In this document: piece after piece, positions 1 to 9,495 of the stretch | Position numbering within the stretch: the first letter of the stretch is position 1 | Layout of the letters: each line of letters starts with the position of its first letter | The notes under the pieces: model-generated | Told to the model about the DNA's origin: nothing | Database searches by the model: none | What the model saw: only the letters and a program-made list of their open reading frames with translations | Made by a program: the position numbers and the translations under genes | Virus record (IMG/VR): IMGVR_UViG_3300009081_000009 | Span: 32,001 to 96,000 of that record | Source of the DNA: a virus | Direction: 5' to 3' (one strand) | DNA: 64,000 nucleotides

Positions 1-516
1 ATACTTAGGAAGTAAAGGAGTAGTTCCATTTGGGAGATATAAATCCCAAAATATAGATTTAATTCTATCAGGAAATTCTTTAAGTTTCTTATGTTTATTC
101 TGCATTACAGAAGCATTCTTAATAAAATCGAGCTTCTGAATTTTATATTCATCATTTTCTTTATATACACGGAATAATACATTATCATATCTGAGATAAT
201 ATGAAGTAGAATCATAATATACCTCAGTATATTCTTCATAATACTCTTTAACTACATCAAATCGCCATACATTCTTCCCTTCCAAAGCACATATAATATC
301 CTTTGGATTGAAAAGTTTTATATATTTTAACATTTTATTCACCATATGATTCTTCCATACACGCATTTCATCTTCTGGTGTTTCAATAGTAAGAACCGTA
401 CTTCGTTTTGCCGAAGTCATGGCAAACATCTGATGATACGATAAACTCGCCCAATCGATTATTAATAATCGATTCTGGGAGTATGGATATGATTTTAATG
501 GATTATATGTACGCAT
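1..516 (-). CDS. rnh: T4 RNase H-like 5'-3' exonuclease (FEN/PIN fold), runs off the window edge
   Basis: Not in the ORF track. Manual translation from ATG 516: MRTYNPLKSYPYSQNRLLIDWASLSYHQMF...IICALEGKNVWR...LLPKY. The LLID and ALE..WR motifs are typical of T4 Rnh. A TATATT -10 lies 6 nt upstream. Confidence 0.75.
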   Translation of the reverse strand, partial: MRTYNPLKSYPYSQNRLLIIDWASLSYHQMFAMTSAKRSTVLTIETPEDEMRVWKNHMVNKMLKYIKLFNPKDIICALEGKNVWRFDVVKEYYEEYTEVYYDSTSYYLRYDNVLFRVYKENDEYKIQKLDFIKNASVMQNKHKKLKEFPDRIKSIFWDLYLPNGTTPLLPKY

Positions 517-560
517 GCTACAAATATAGCAAAATTATTATAGATATAACAACTATTTCA

Positions 561-839
561 TTAAGGTGTTAGCTTTTGAATATATTGTCGTTTTTCAATT
601 AACTCAGCCACCGAATAATTTAATTCTGTCATATAAACAATTAATAATTCTAATGTCTCTGCTTCAATATCTGTTAATTCAGGGATATCAGAAGCATCGA
701 TTCCATCCCATACCGATAGAAGTGCATCACGTTGAATTAAACTATCAGTATAATCAACTGAGTTCAATATTGATTCATCTAAATCAATTATACTTAATAG
801 TAATTCCGTTAAATAATCTAATGTGTCAATTCTAGTCAT
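561..839 (-). CDS. hypothetical acidic protein
   Basis: 92 aa ORF with an ATGA overlap to the upstream RuvC-like gene. Confidence 0.65.
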   Translation of the reverse strand: MTRIDTLDYLTELLLSIIDLDESILNSVDYTDSLIQRDALLSVWDGIDASDIPELTDIEAETLELLIVYMTELNYSVAELIEKRQYIQKLTP

Positions 840-1507
840 GATTTTTTTATTACTTTAGTTTCAACTATTGATTGCATTTTCTTACTTGATTTGTATTCTA
901 ATAAAGCAGCAGTCCCTTCTTCTAATCCACTACTCCCAATGACTTCATATATAATATGGTTTCGTAGCGTTTCAGCAATCCAGAATGCATCACATAAATC
1001 AGAATGAGGACTATCATTTTGTGGTAATAGATTAAATTCTTCTGGATATAAATTTGGATATTCTTCTAACAACACAGCAGACATCATAGTTTTATCAGCG
1101 GTTCCATTACCAGTAGCAAAACGTTTAACAACCGTTGGAGGATATATCATTATACCCAATCCAATATCATAAAACATCTTTTTCATTCCACCGATAAATT
1201 CACCTAGCTGAAAAATAGAACTAGTTTTGGTTGCACCAAATGCATAACCTTCAAATGCAATATGTTTAACGTCATCCATGTCATTCATTAGAATTTTATA
1301 TGCCTTATCTTGTCTATCGAACATATTCAATTTAGCATAATTTGTTCCAACGTGAGAAATATGTACATTGTTTTTTTCAATGCATCTAGACTTAACTGTA
1401 CTATAACCATAAAATTCAATATTTAAAATCGAAAATGTATTTGGATCTAAATCCATAATACATTTTCCAGTAGAATTCATGGATGGATCAATACCACAAA
1501 TCTTCAT
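836..1507 (-). CDS. RuvC-like Holliday junction resolvase
   Basis: N-terminal ICGIDPSMNSTG, central AFEGY, PTVVKRFATGNGTADK, and C-terminal DLCDAFWIA form the RuvC acidic tetrad pattern. Confidence 0.85.
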   Translation of the reverse strand: MKICGIDPSMNSTGKCIMDLDPNTFSILNIEFYGYSTVKSRCIEKNNVHISHVGTNYAKLNMFDRQDKAYKILMNDMDDVKHIAFEGYAFGATKTSSIFQLGEFIGGMKKMFYDIGLGIMIYPPTVVKRFATGNGTADKTMMSAVLLEEYPNLYPEEFNLLPQNDSPHSDLCDAFWIAETLRNHIIYEVIGSSGLEEGTAALLEYKSSKKMQSIVETKVIKKS

Positions 1508-1671
1508 TATTCAGCTCGTTTTGCGATGGTAACTATCTTATATTCTTTACCAGCATATTTTCGCATACTATCAGCTACTTTCTTTAAATATTCATCAGCT
1601 TTCGGATTCGGCATACGTCCAACATCAATTTCAATGACATTTATGCACTCTTTATGTAAATATGATACCAT
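1507..1671 (-). CDS. 54-aa protein with a T4 portal (gp20)-like IDVG.MP..KA.EYL motif
   Basis: Manual translation MVSYLHKECINVIEIDVGRMPNPKADEYLKKVADSMRKYAGKEYKIVTIAKRAE; AGAGG SD upstream; TAATG coupling to the RuvC-like gene. Confidence 0.7.
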   Translation of the reverse strand: MVSYLHKECINVIEIDVGRMPNPKADEYLKKVADSMRKYAGKEYKIVTIAKRAE

Positions 1672-1718
1672 ATTATAACCTCTTGTTGGTATATATCAAA
1701 TATAATTTATTAAATTAT

Positions 1719-1727
1719 TATAAACTA
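1719..1727 (+). promoter_or_regulatory. late-type promoter TATAAACTA
   Basis: Recurrent motif ~20-45 nt upstream of starts; resembles the T4 late promoter TATAAATA. Confidence 0.6.
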
Positions 1728-1747
1728 TATAAAAAATGAGGTTAATT

Positions 1748-1900
1748 ATGGAAGTTAATAAAAACATAATACCACCAGCGATAAATCCAGTAGCTCAAAT
1801 TAAAGTCCACACTAATAAAATATTAATGGATAGAACTATTATCGCTAATAGACCAATGACAGAAGAACAAAAATTAAACGTAAAACCATTATTCAGTTAA
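1748..1900 (+). CDS. 50-aa hypothetical protein
   Basis: MEVNKNIIPPAINPVAQIKVHTNKILMDRTIIANRPMTEEQKLNVKPLFS; GAGG SD and TATAAACTA upstream. Confidence 0.6.
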   Translation: MEVNKNIIPPAINPVAQIKVHTNKILMDRTIIANRPMTEEQKLNVKPLFS

Positions 1901-3669
1901 ATAAATTGTGATTTTGCTTTTGTTGTTGTAGGTGTTGGTACTTTAGGTTTCTTCTTAGTGGCTGCTTTCTTAGCAGCCTCTTTTTTAGATTTTACGGCAT
2001 CAGGATATACCGTAGCTTCAAAAATACCCTCAAGATTATACTCAATAACCGGAATATCATCCATATTATAATATGATTTGCGTGTCTTGTAATGTTGCAT
2101 TGAGTAATTTTCTTTCAATCTAGGTGTACCACCTTCATATCTAGGTTTTGTATAATAACTACAATCATCACACACATCAAATACACGAGCCAGTTTTTTA
2201 TCTTTATGTTTACGAACAATACGACCAATAGACTGAACTACCTCATACATTGATTTAGAGAACTCAGCAAATACCAAGTTATGTAATAATTTAATATTCA
2301 CACCCTGTTTCATGGTTCCGTAGGTAGCTATAATCATATTACCAGTACTGAATTCCATTTCCTTTCGTATGCGTTCTCTCTCGTCTGTGTCAATCTCACC
2401 TTTAATTATATAATATTTGAATTGTGGATATGTTTCTTTTAAATATGCATACATATCATCTAATGTAGCCTTAGACTTATATAATAAAACTGTATTTTCG
2501 GCAGTGGTTATCTTTCCAGACGTTATCAATAAATCCATTACACGTTTTCGACTACCATTATTGGTAATAAGTGAATACTCTTCTTGATAATTTTTTCTAT
2601 TTACTAATGCTCGTATTGAATCTAAGTAGGGAACTATTAATGTATGAACTTCAACTGGAGTTAATATTCCTTTCAATACTAATTCTTTAAGTCTTACTAT
2701 ATTCTCTTTTCTACCAAGAGCACCTTCTATCCACGCAGCATCTAAACCTTCGTCAGGTAATGTACCTGATAATCCTATCTTGAAATCGCTTGCGTTTGGA
2801 CATTTATCTAATATATCTCTAAGAATAGCACCACGAGTACCATGAGCCTCATCGACAATAACCGCAGTAAACACTTTAAAAAATGAGTCTGGTTTGTTTT
2901 GTAAACTCTGCCATGTGGATATTGTTATAGGACGAAGCATAACCTCTTCGCCTAAATTCAATGATTTTAAATTATCTTTCTGTTTGTTAGTTAATTTATC
3001 ACGCGAATCACCATGTATTAACGTACAATTATATTCGGCTCCATCCCATCCGTAATCTTCATAGAAATCACTATATAACTGTTCCACTAGGTTAGTTGAT
3101 GGAACCACAATCAATATTTTTTTCTTCTCAACTTCCATTAAATATCTAGATATTATGCACATGGATAACGACTTACCAGAAGATGTACATGCCAATAATG
3201 ATGACCGTCTTCCATTCAATGCTCGATCTACTAATTTAATTTGATGTTCATATGGTACTATGATAGTTCCATCACGTCTATTATGTAAATTAAGACCTTC
3301 TGCATATGCACTGATGGTCTCACGCGATATTACTCCGTTTGGTGATGTATATATACGCTTAACTTTGTCAGTTACTTTAATTCGTAATGATGGCTTTCTA
3401 TCCTTTAAATAATTAGTTGCTCTAGGTATTAAACCAATTGGTATTGTTTGTGTGTTTTTATTGTAAATATATACAACACCATCAGTAAATCCCTCTTCAT
3501 ATTCCCACGTATACATGGTTTTTGTATTAAAATATGAAAGACCAGCATACAATAAACTATTGATACTTATAATATCTTCTTTAGTAGGTGCTGATATGTT
3601 AATTATAGCATGAGTAGCATTTAATATATCAAACTCAACACAGTATTCGGAACCGATTGTATTATGCAT
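1897..3669 (-). CDS. uvsW: UvsW-like SF2 DNA helicase
   Basis: TSSGKS Walker A, ISTWQSL, VDEAH, GLSGT, QSIGR motifs. Confidence 0.92.
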   Translation of the reverse strand: MHNTIGSEYCVEFDILNATHAIINISAPTKEDIISINSLLYAGLSYFNTKTMYTWEYEEGFTDGVVYIYNKNTQTIPIGLIPRATNYLKDRKPSLRIKVTDKVKRIYTSPNGVISRETISAYAEGLNLHNRRDGTIIVPYEHQIKLVDRALNGRRSSLLACTSSGKSLSMCIISRYLMEVEKKKILIVVPSTNLVEQLYSDFYEDYGWDGAEYNCTLIHGDSRDKLTNKQKDNLKSLNLGEEVMLRPITISTWQSLQNKPDSFFKVFTAVIVDEAHGTRGAILRDILDKCPNASDFKIGLSGTLPDEGLDAAWIEGALGRKENIVRLKELVLKGILTPVEVHTLIVPYLDSIRALVNRKNYQEEYSLITNNGSRKRVMDLLITSGKITTAENTVLLYKSKATLDDMYAYLKETYPQFKYYIIKGEIDTDERERIRKEMEFSTGNMIIATYGTMKQGVNIKLLHNLVFAEFSKSMYEVVQSIGRIVRKHKDKKLARVFDVCDDCSYYTKPRYEGGTPRLKENYSMQHYKTRKSYYNMDDIPVIEYNLEGIFEATVYPDAVKSKKEAAKKAATKKKPKVPTPTTTKAKSQFI

Positions 3670-3703
3670 TAAATTATGAAACTGACTTTAGTATAAAATT
3701 ATA

Positions 3704-4759
3704 TTATTTTTTCCCCGAATTCATTACTTGATCCACTGAAACAGGTTTAATATTTTTATTTATTTCATCTTCATCAGGTGCTGATAGTATTTTACTCGCA
3801 TTAGATTCAGTAGGTTTAGATTCTTCTGTGTTTGTATTTACTATATCATTTACATCCACAGCTTCCGGTTCTACTGGTTCTTCTTCGATTGTGTCATCTT
3901 GAATTATGTTATTAACTGGCTCAGTTTTTAATTCAGGTTCTTTATTAATATTTTTAGATTCAACTGCATCATTTGCATCATTTAAAATATCAGATGCTCC
4001 ACTTTCAATATCTTTATTAAGTTGTTCACCAGCAGCATATAATGAATCTAATATAGGCTTACTCTCAGAAGGTGGTATTTCACGAGGTTTGCCACTTTCT
4101 GGCTGGGTTGGTTCTTTTATTTGTTCAATAGGAGTCTCACCTGAATCAACCTTTTCGGTTTTTTCAGTATCGACTTTATTCTTATTATCAAATTTTCGCA
4201 CTGCACTTACTATCTGGAATGCATTAGCAGGAAACACCTTAAATATTGCATGTAAATGTTTACACATGGTATTACTACCAGATGGATCTCGTATCACAGG
4301 AGCACTTGGTGCAGTTTGTGCGTTTTTTACTAGAGTTGGGTTTCCTTGTGCAAGTGATCCTTTATATTTACCATTTGGGCCACCATTATGCATCATACCA
4401 GCCCAATAAAAATCAGGACAATTACAATGAACTCTAACATCGGATTGAGTTAATATACTTTTGAATTTTTTTGGTTCCCATTTACTAACTAATGAAAATA
4501 ATCCACCTTCGGATGGGACTACGATTTCTACGACAGCATTGTATTTTAAGTTAGCGTCAGATGCACTCTGAACTTGCCAATGAGTTGCAGTATGTCCATC
4601 TGGGGTCTCATCTACATACTTATAAAATGCACCAAGTCCAGTTGCACGTGATTTTCTAGCTGGATCAACATGACTATCCAATTCAACAAATGAATGTTCC
4701 ATCAAAGGTTTTGGATATGTTGTCTGTAGATTTTCCAATAATTTTTTTACATTTATCAT
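3704..4759 (-). CDS. SWIM-type zinc finger protein with acidic low-complexity C-terminus
   Basis: VHCNCPDF...MCKHL (CxC...CxH). Confidence 0.7.
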   Translation of the reverse strand: MINVKKLLENLQTTYPKPLMEHSFVELDSHVDPARKSRATGLGAFYKYVDETPDGHTATHWQVQSASDANLKYNAVVEIVVPSEGGLFSLVSKWEPKKFKSILTQSDVRVHCNCPDFYWAGMMHNGGPNGKYKGSLAQGNPTLVKNAQTAPSAPVIRDPSGSNTMCKHLHAIFKVFPANAFQIVSAVRKFDNKNKVDTEKTEKVDSGETPIEQIKEPTQPESGKPREIPPSESKPILDSLYAAGEQLNKDIESGASDILNDANDAVESKNINKEPELKTEPVNNIIQDDTIEEEPVEPEAVDVNDIVNTNTEESKPTESNASKILSAPDEDEINKNIKPVSVDQVMNSGKK

Positions 4760-5661
4760 TATTCCACCGGATGAAATAAAAGATTATACTCAGTTTTATT
4801 CAGAATCATAATTAATTCAGAATCATTTATTTTAACAAATATTATATATTTGTCTGATTCATCTTTTAAACTAATATATTCGATTAATTCCTCACTTCCC
4901 GATTTTTTTGATCCCAATATCGCATATTTCTCACCAGTATCTGGTCTAGTTATTGAATTCTCGCGTTTTGTGTAATATGTATCAATATAACTAACAGGAA
5001 CTTCTCCCTTTGTGAGGACTGAATTAGTTCCCTTATTTGAATTAAAACATAAATATTTATCACCTTTACCAATATCAGATTCTTTACAAAATAGTAAATT
5101 CCTATATAATTCTTTCTTTGCATCTGATGTTACATTTAATATCTGCTTTATATCAGATTTAGTTAACAACCCATCAAGCATAGACTCATCTGCATTTTTT
5201 AAGTCTTCACTTAATTTAATTTCAGGATATCCATGAGATTTATCAATTAATGTCTTTGTCTTCGTTTCTTTAGGTTGTTTCGATTCAGGATCTTTAGGAG
5301 TATCTTTACTCACCAGTGCATCCTTTGGTTCTTTTTTGACTGTTTCTTTTGGTATTTCTACCGTTGCCTTTTTATTAACTGGTGTATCTTTTTCTATGTA
5401 AGGTTCTACTTTACTGACAGGCTCTTTCTTTTTGGATATATCATATATTTTCTTACCACCATCAGATTTACTATCCAATTCCATCAAATCAGGTCTTGTG
5501 CTTCTACTAGGTGGTGCTTGTTTTGGTGATTCACTACGTCTAGGTATTAATCCATTAGCTTCCAATAACGGTAATATTGAATCATTATTAGCAGAATCAA
5601 CCTTTTTTAGATAGTTTCCTTTCAGTGCTTCGCATAAAATTAAAAGATCCTGTTTTTTCAT
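4759..5661 (-). CDS. hypothetical protein (late promoter, K/E/P-rich linker)
   Basis: 300 aa ORF; GAGG SD; TATAAACTT on the - strand at 5682-5690. Confidence 0.75.
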   Translation of the reverse strand: MKKQDLLILCEALKGNYLKKVDSANNDSILPLLEANGLIPRRSESPKQAPPSRSTRPDLMELDSKSDGGKKIYDISKKKEPVSKVEPYIEKDTPVNKKATVEIPKETVKKEPKDALVSKDTPKDPESKQPKETKTKTLIDKSHGYPEIKLSEDLKNADESMLDGLLTKSDIKQILNVTSDAKKELYRNLLFCKESDIGKGDKYLCFNSNKGTNSVLTKGEVPVSYIDTYYTKRENSITRPDTGEKYAILGSKKSGSEELIEYISLKDESDKYIIFVKINDSELIMILNKTEYNLLFHPVE

Positions 5662-5681
5662 ATAAATTCCTCGATTATAAG

Positions 5682-5690
5682 AAGTTTATA
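5682..5690 (-). promoter_or_regulatory. late-type promoter TATAAACTT
   Basis: aagtttata on the + strand, 20 nt upstream of ATG 5661. Confidence 0.55.
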
Positions 5691-5693
5691 AAA

Positions 5694-5886
5694 AAGGGAA
5701 AACATAAATGGTATTTCTATTGTTATTGTAATTCTTATCTTTTTCCTTATTAATTTTAATAATTTTATTATTTTTTGATTTATTTAGTGATTTTCATTTT
5801 TTTATTTCAATTTCAGATATTAAGGGAAAACATAAATGGTATTCCTTTATTATTTATTCTAATTCTTATTTCTTCTTATAAACTTG
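5694..5886. repeat. two imperfect ~60-bp direct repeats with an identical 22-bp core AAGGGAAAACATAAATGGTATT, in an AT-rich intergenic region
   Basis: Core at 5694-5715 and 5822-5843 (128 bp apart), each followed by ...TTATT(G/C)TAATTCTTAT. Confidence 0.85.
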
Positions 5887-5941
5887 ACATATATTTGAAT
5901 CAGAATCTTAATTTTTTTACTTTTTACGTATATTTATCATA

Positions 5942-7369
5942 ATGGATACAAATCCGATCATTATTCAAGTGCCGATTCAGTTAAAAACTGATCTTTTAGG
6001 GTTATTGTTGCGCAATAAGCCTAAATTTGCATTTAATATTGATTATTTTTTATATGTCGTAGGGAAGATCATTCAAATTCCTCAATATAATTCAAAACTA
6101 AAAAATCTAAATAAAATTCCTTTATATTCTAAAATTCTTAGATATGAGTTAGGAAAGAATTATAGAAAGTATTTAGATTACATGATAGATAACAAATTAA
6201 TAGAAACTGACAATCATTATATTGTGTCGAGTCCATTAATTAATGGTAAATGTAAATGTTATGGATTATCACCAAAATATAGAAATGCGCCATTAGTCGA
6301 TCATGAGATAACCAGAAAAACACTATTAAAACAAATCATTAAATGGAAACTGAAAACCTTTGGAAATGTAAGTAATGATGAATTGCTTATTAAATTATAT
6401 GGTATGTTAGATGGATTTTCAATAGATATGGATGGAGCAACAAAATATCTATCTGATTCATTACATGCGAATGAAATAAGTCAGAAACAATATGATATAG
6501 AATTGCATAAGTGTGAGAAAATAAATAATAAATCTAATCCTAATCTGGGTTTATTCATATCAAAAGACTCATATAATCGAGTTCATACTAATTTCACTAA
6601 TATATCAAAAAATATACGAGAGAAATTTTTATTTCATAAAGGACATAAAGTAAAGGGTATTGATATAGTGTCATCTCAGGCATCTTTGCTATGCTCATTG
6701 TTCAGAGATTATGCCGATAAAATGACTAATAGTATAAAAAATCCATTAGAATTGCAGAGAGATGACTTTAGATATGATTTACGTGATAAATATGTGAATA
6801 AAAACAATAATTATAACGGTGATCCTATTCATAACGATATTAATAGTGAATTTTCATTATTTGGTCTTTCTCACATTGATAATACTGAATCAATGTTACA
6901 TAAGGAAATTAAAAAATTCACTAGCATTATGTCTATAGGTGGAATTTATGAATTTTTTCAGGAAAAATATGATGATTTATTTTCTGTAACGAAAACTAGA
7001 TCTGAGGTAAAAAAACGATGGATTGCTTATGTATTCGGTGCATATCAAGATGGAATCAACATAAAAAATGAAGAAAAATACATGATTCATAGCATATGGA
7101 AGCATGAATTTCCTACACTAACTAAGTTATTGAATCATTTTAAGTTATATGATTATAAAACATTGGCTCATAAACTACAGCGAATCGAAGCTGATTTAAT
7201 ATTTAATAAAGTATGTCCTGAAATAGATTCTAGGTTGGGTATCGAATATTGTACTGTGCATGACTCACTCATTGTTGAAGAACAATATTGCGAAGATGTC
7301 GCATTGATTTTTAATGAAATACTGGAAAAAAATCATATAATGACCTATGTAAAATTCGATGATGAGTAG
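5942..7369 (+). CDS. family A polymerase-like protein (DNA Pol I/T7 RNAP palm) lacking exonuclease domains
   Basis: NRVHTNFTN (pre-motif A), GIDIVSSQASLL (motif A), RSEVKKRWIAYVFG (motif B-like), LQRIEA, TVHDSLIV (motif C). Confidence 0.7.
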   Translation: MDTNPIIIQVPIQLKTDLLGLLLRNKPKFAFNIDYFLYVVGKIIQIPQYNSKLKNLNKIPLYSKILRYELGKNYRKYLDYMIDNKLIETDNHYIVSSPLINGKCKCYGLSPKYRNAPLVDHEITRKTLLKQIIKWKLKTFGNVSNDELLIKLYGMLDGFSIDMDGATKYLSDSLHANEISQKQYDIELHKCEKINNKSNPNLGLFISKDSYNRVHTNFTNISKNIREKFLFHKGHKVKGIDIVSSQASLLCSLFRDYADKMTNSIKNPLELQRDDFRYDLRDKYVNKNNNYNGDPIHNDINSEFSLFGLSHIDNTESMLHKEIKKFTSIMSIGGIYEFFQEKYDDLFSVTKTRSEVKKRWIAYVFGAYQDGINIKNEEKYMIHSIWKHEFPTLTKLLNHFKLYDYKTLAHKLQRIEADLIFNKVCPEIDSRLGIEYCTVHDSLIVEEQYCEDVALIFNEILEKNHIMTYVKFDDE

Positions 7370-7414
7370 TTGAATAACATATATTTCATATTAAGATCAT
7401 ATGGAATATTAATT

Positions 7415-7657
7415 ATGAAACGTGTAGGAATTATAGAGATTGGTAAAATTAGTATAGATGTTATTGGATTCGGTGAGTGGATATGCGAAGAGACTGTATT
7501 CGATGATGATATTGGTATTGAATTATCAATGCCTAAAGTAAAATTAGACTCAGGTGAAGAAATATTAGTTCGAGATGCTATGATAGCGGAAGAATATATA
7601 ATATTAAAAGAAATCGATTCATATAAAAGTAAAGGATTTATAATTAATCGTAAGTGA
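7415..7657 (+). CDS. hypothetical protein
   Basis: ATG at 7415 (MKRVGIIEIG...) preferred over the TTG at 7370. Confidence 0.65.
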   Translation: MKRVGIIEIGKISIDVIGFGEWICEETVFDDDIGIELSMPKVKLDSGEEILVRDAMIAEEYIILKEIDSYKSKGFIINRK

Positions 7658-7704
7658 GTTATAAACATATATGTAAACAATAATCATACACCGGGATTGA
7701 TAAA

Positions 7705-7983
7705 ATGGACATCAATTGGTATAATGTTAAGATAGATGGTACTTCAAAAAGTAATGAATTACTTGAAATGCCAAATAAAATGGGTAAATACGGTAAAAGA
7801 CGTGAATTAGAACCATTAGTTCGTAGGTTATATAAAGAACGTAGAGAAACTGATAAACTATTATCTCATATTAAATATACAATGGAAACATTTAGATCCC
7901 AATTTTCTAAGGATGATAATGAAGGTATGGTTAATAATTGCAATGCTATTATTCACAAAATAAATACAAATATTAATGAGTGA
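7705..7983 (+). CDS. hypothetical protein
   Basis: 92 aa ORF; TATAAACAT variant at ~7660. Confidence 0.65.
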   Translation: MDINWYNVKIDGTSKSNELLEMPNKMGKYGKRRELEPLVRRLYKERRETDKLLSHIKYTMETFRSQFSKDDNEGMVNNCNAIIHKINTNINE

Positions 7984-7984
7984 T

Positions 7985-8428
7985 TTACAACAGTAAGTCA
8001 TTAATTAAATTTGTTCGTTTTTCCATAATTAACTTACCTAATATATTAGAACCTACTGGTGGTGTTGATTTTAGACATACACCCCAATAGGTATCATTCC
8101 ACCAATTACCTTCCTGTATATATTCAGATCCAGTTTCTATTAATTTACTTCTATATGGTTCTTGATCATATTTTTGATCAATGCATAATTTCATAATAAC
8201 TAATTTTTTTACATCCCAATCAGATGGCAATGTTAATTCACGACCTTGTTTTTTGATTATCGCTGGATTCAATTCAGTTCTGCAAAATTCCTTCCATTCT
8301 ATTGAATCAGATTTAGCTGATACATATGCGTGTTCAACTGATGAATATTCAATTCCATCGAGTACTATTATACATGGTTTAAAATTTGATAACCATTCAT
8401 ATTTTTCTGATTTAAAATGTTCTATCAT
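7985..8428 (-). CDS. NADAR (YbiA-like) family protein
   Basis: WLSNF, YSSVEHAY..AK, W...K...M, KLIETG, EGNWWNDTYWG, GSNILGKLIM. Confidence 0.92.
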   Translation of the reverse strand: MIEHFKSEKYEWLSNFKPCIIVLDGIEYSSVEHAYVSAKSDSIEWKEFCRTELNPAIIKKQGRELTLPSDWDVKKLVIMKLCIDQKYDQEPYRSKLIETGSEYIQEGNWWNDTYWGVCLKSTPPVGSNILGKLIMEKRTNLINDLLL

Positions 8429-8472
8429 ACGATAAATATAGAAAAATATTCTATTTTTAAGTAGAGGTATCC

Positions 8473-9495
8473 ATGTTTACAGTAATAATACCATTTATGA
8501 ATCTCAATCAACAATTTAGATTACGTAATCTAATTTATGTTATCGAGAATTATAAAAGAATAGCACCTGATTTTGATATTATAGTGATAGAACAGAATGG
8601 TGATGGGTTGGTTGAGTCGTTATTAGCTGAGTATGATAACGTCAAACATATTAATTTATCTATAAATAACAAGTTATTTCATAAAACCAGATTATTAAAT
8701 TATGCTATTGATTCATGTAATAGTGAATATATAATAATGTCGGATGCTGATTGTGTGATTTCGATTAATGGTATCGATATAATACGAAGTCATTACGCTG
8801 ATGGTAGTATAATATATCCATTTAATGTGGTTGATTATTATAATGAAGGATATACTAGAAAATACATCAAGGGTGAGGCATTTACTAAATATAGTATAGA
8901 CTCTAGAAATCTTCCAATTAAACGATTTACTGGATTGATTAACTGTTTTAGTAGATCAACGTATAATAAAGTTGGTAAATTCGATGAAGAATTCATTGGA
9001 TGGGGGTCAGAGGATGATGCCTTTGTTATTAAGTGTGAACGAGTGTGTGGTGCTGTGTATCGAAGTGATTTAGATTCAATGTTGATTCATTTATTCCACC
9101 CAAAATGCGATACCGATTCATATAAAAACAGTTCTGAATTTATTGATAATAAGAAACGAGCTGCTGTTATTAAACGAATGAGTGATGATGACCTATTTGA
9201 ATACGTAAATAAAAAGACCACATTAAAGGAGTTAATATCTAAGTATGAATCTATGAATATGATGGATCTAACTCTAAAATGGAAATTAAATAATGCTGTC
9301 GTGACGTTGGATAGTACTATATATGATATAGGTTCATTTGATAATATGTCAATCACTAGAATATTAAAATCTATTTATGATATAGATGGAAAGGATTTTA
9401 TGTTATCTATAGTTGAATTGATTTATAGTAAAGTGACTGATTTGTCTATATCACAACGAGACGAAATCGATTCCTGTATCAAAATGTGTGTTTAA
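8473..9495 (+). CDS. GT-A fold glycosyltransferase (GT2/GT7-like)
   Basis: TVIIPF, RLRNL, DAD motif, FDEEFIGWGSEDD, HLFH. Confidence 0.88.
   Translation: MFTVIIPFMNLNQQFRLRNLIYVIENYKRIAPDFDIIVIEQNGDGLVESLLAEYDNVKHINLSINNKLFHKTRLLNYAIDSCNSEYIIMSDADCVISINGIDIIRSHYADGSIIYPFNVVDYYNEGYTRKYIKGEAFTKYSIDSRNLPIKRFTGLINCFSRSTYNKVGKFDEEFIGWGSEDDAFVIKCERVCGAVYRSDLDSMLIHLFHPKCDTDSYKNSSEFIDNKKRAAVIKRMSDDDLFEYVNKKTTLKELISKYESMNMMDLTLKWKLNNAVVTLDSTIYDIGSFDNMSITRILKSIYDIDGKDFMLSIVELIYSKVTDLSISQRDEIDSCIKMCV

Noticed and set aside
5694-5886. Repeats as a mini CRISPR array
   Set aside because: Only two copies, separated by low-complexity sequence that is not spacer-like, and no cas genes in the window.
7367-7657. 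In-frame ORF directly after the TAG of the polymerase-like gene (readthrough or TAG recoding as in some large phages)
   Set aside because: Conserved genes are intact in code 11, the polymerase ends naturally after motif C, and the downstream ORF has its own ATG at 7415 and a TATATT-like element.
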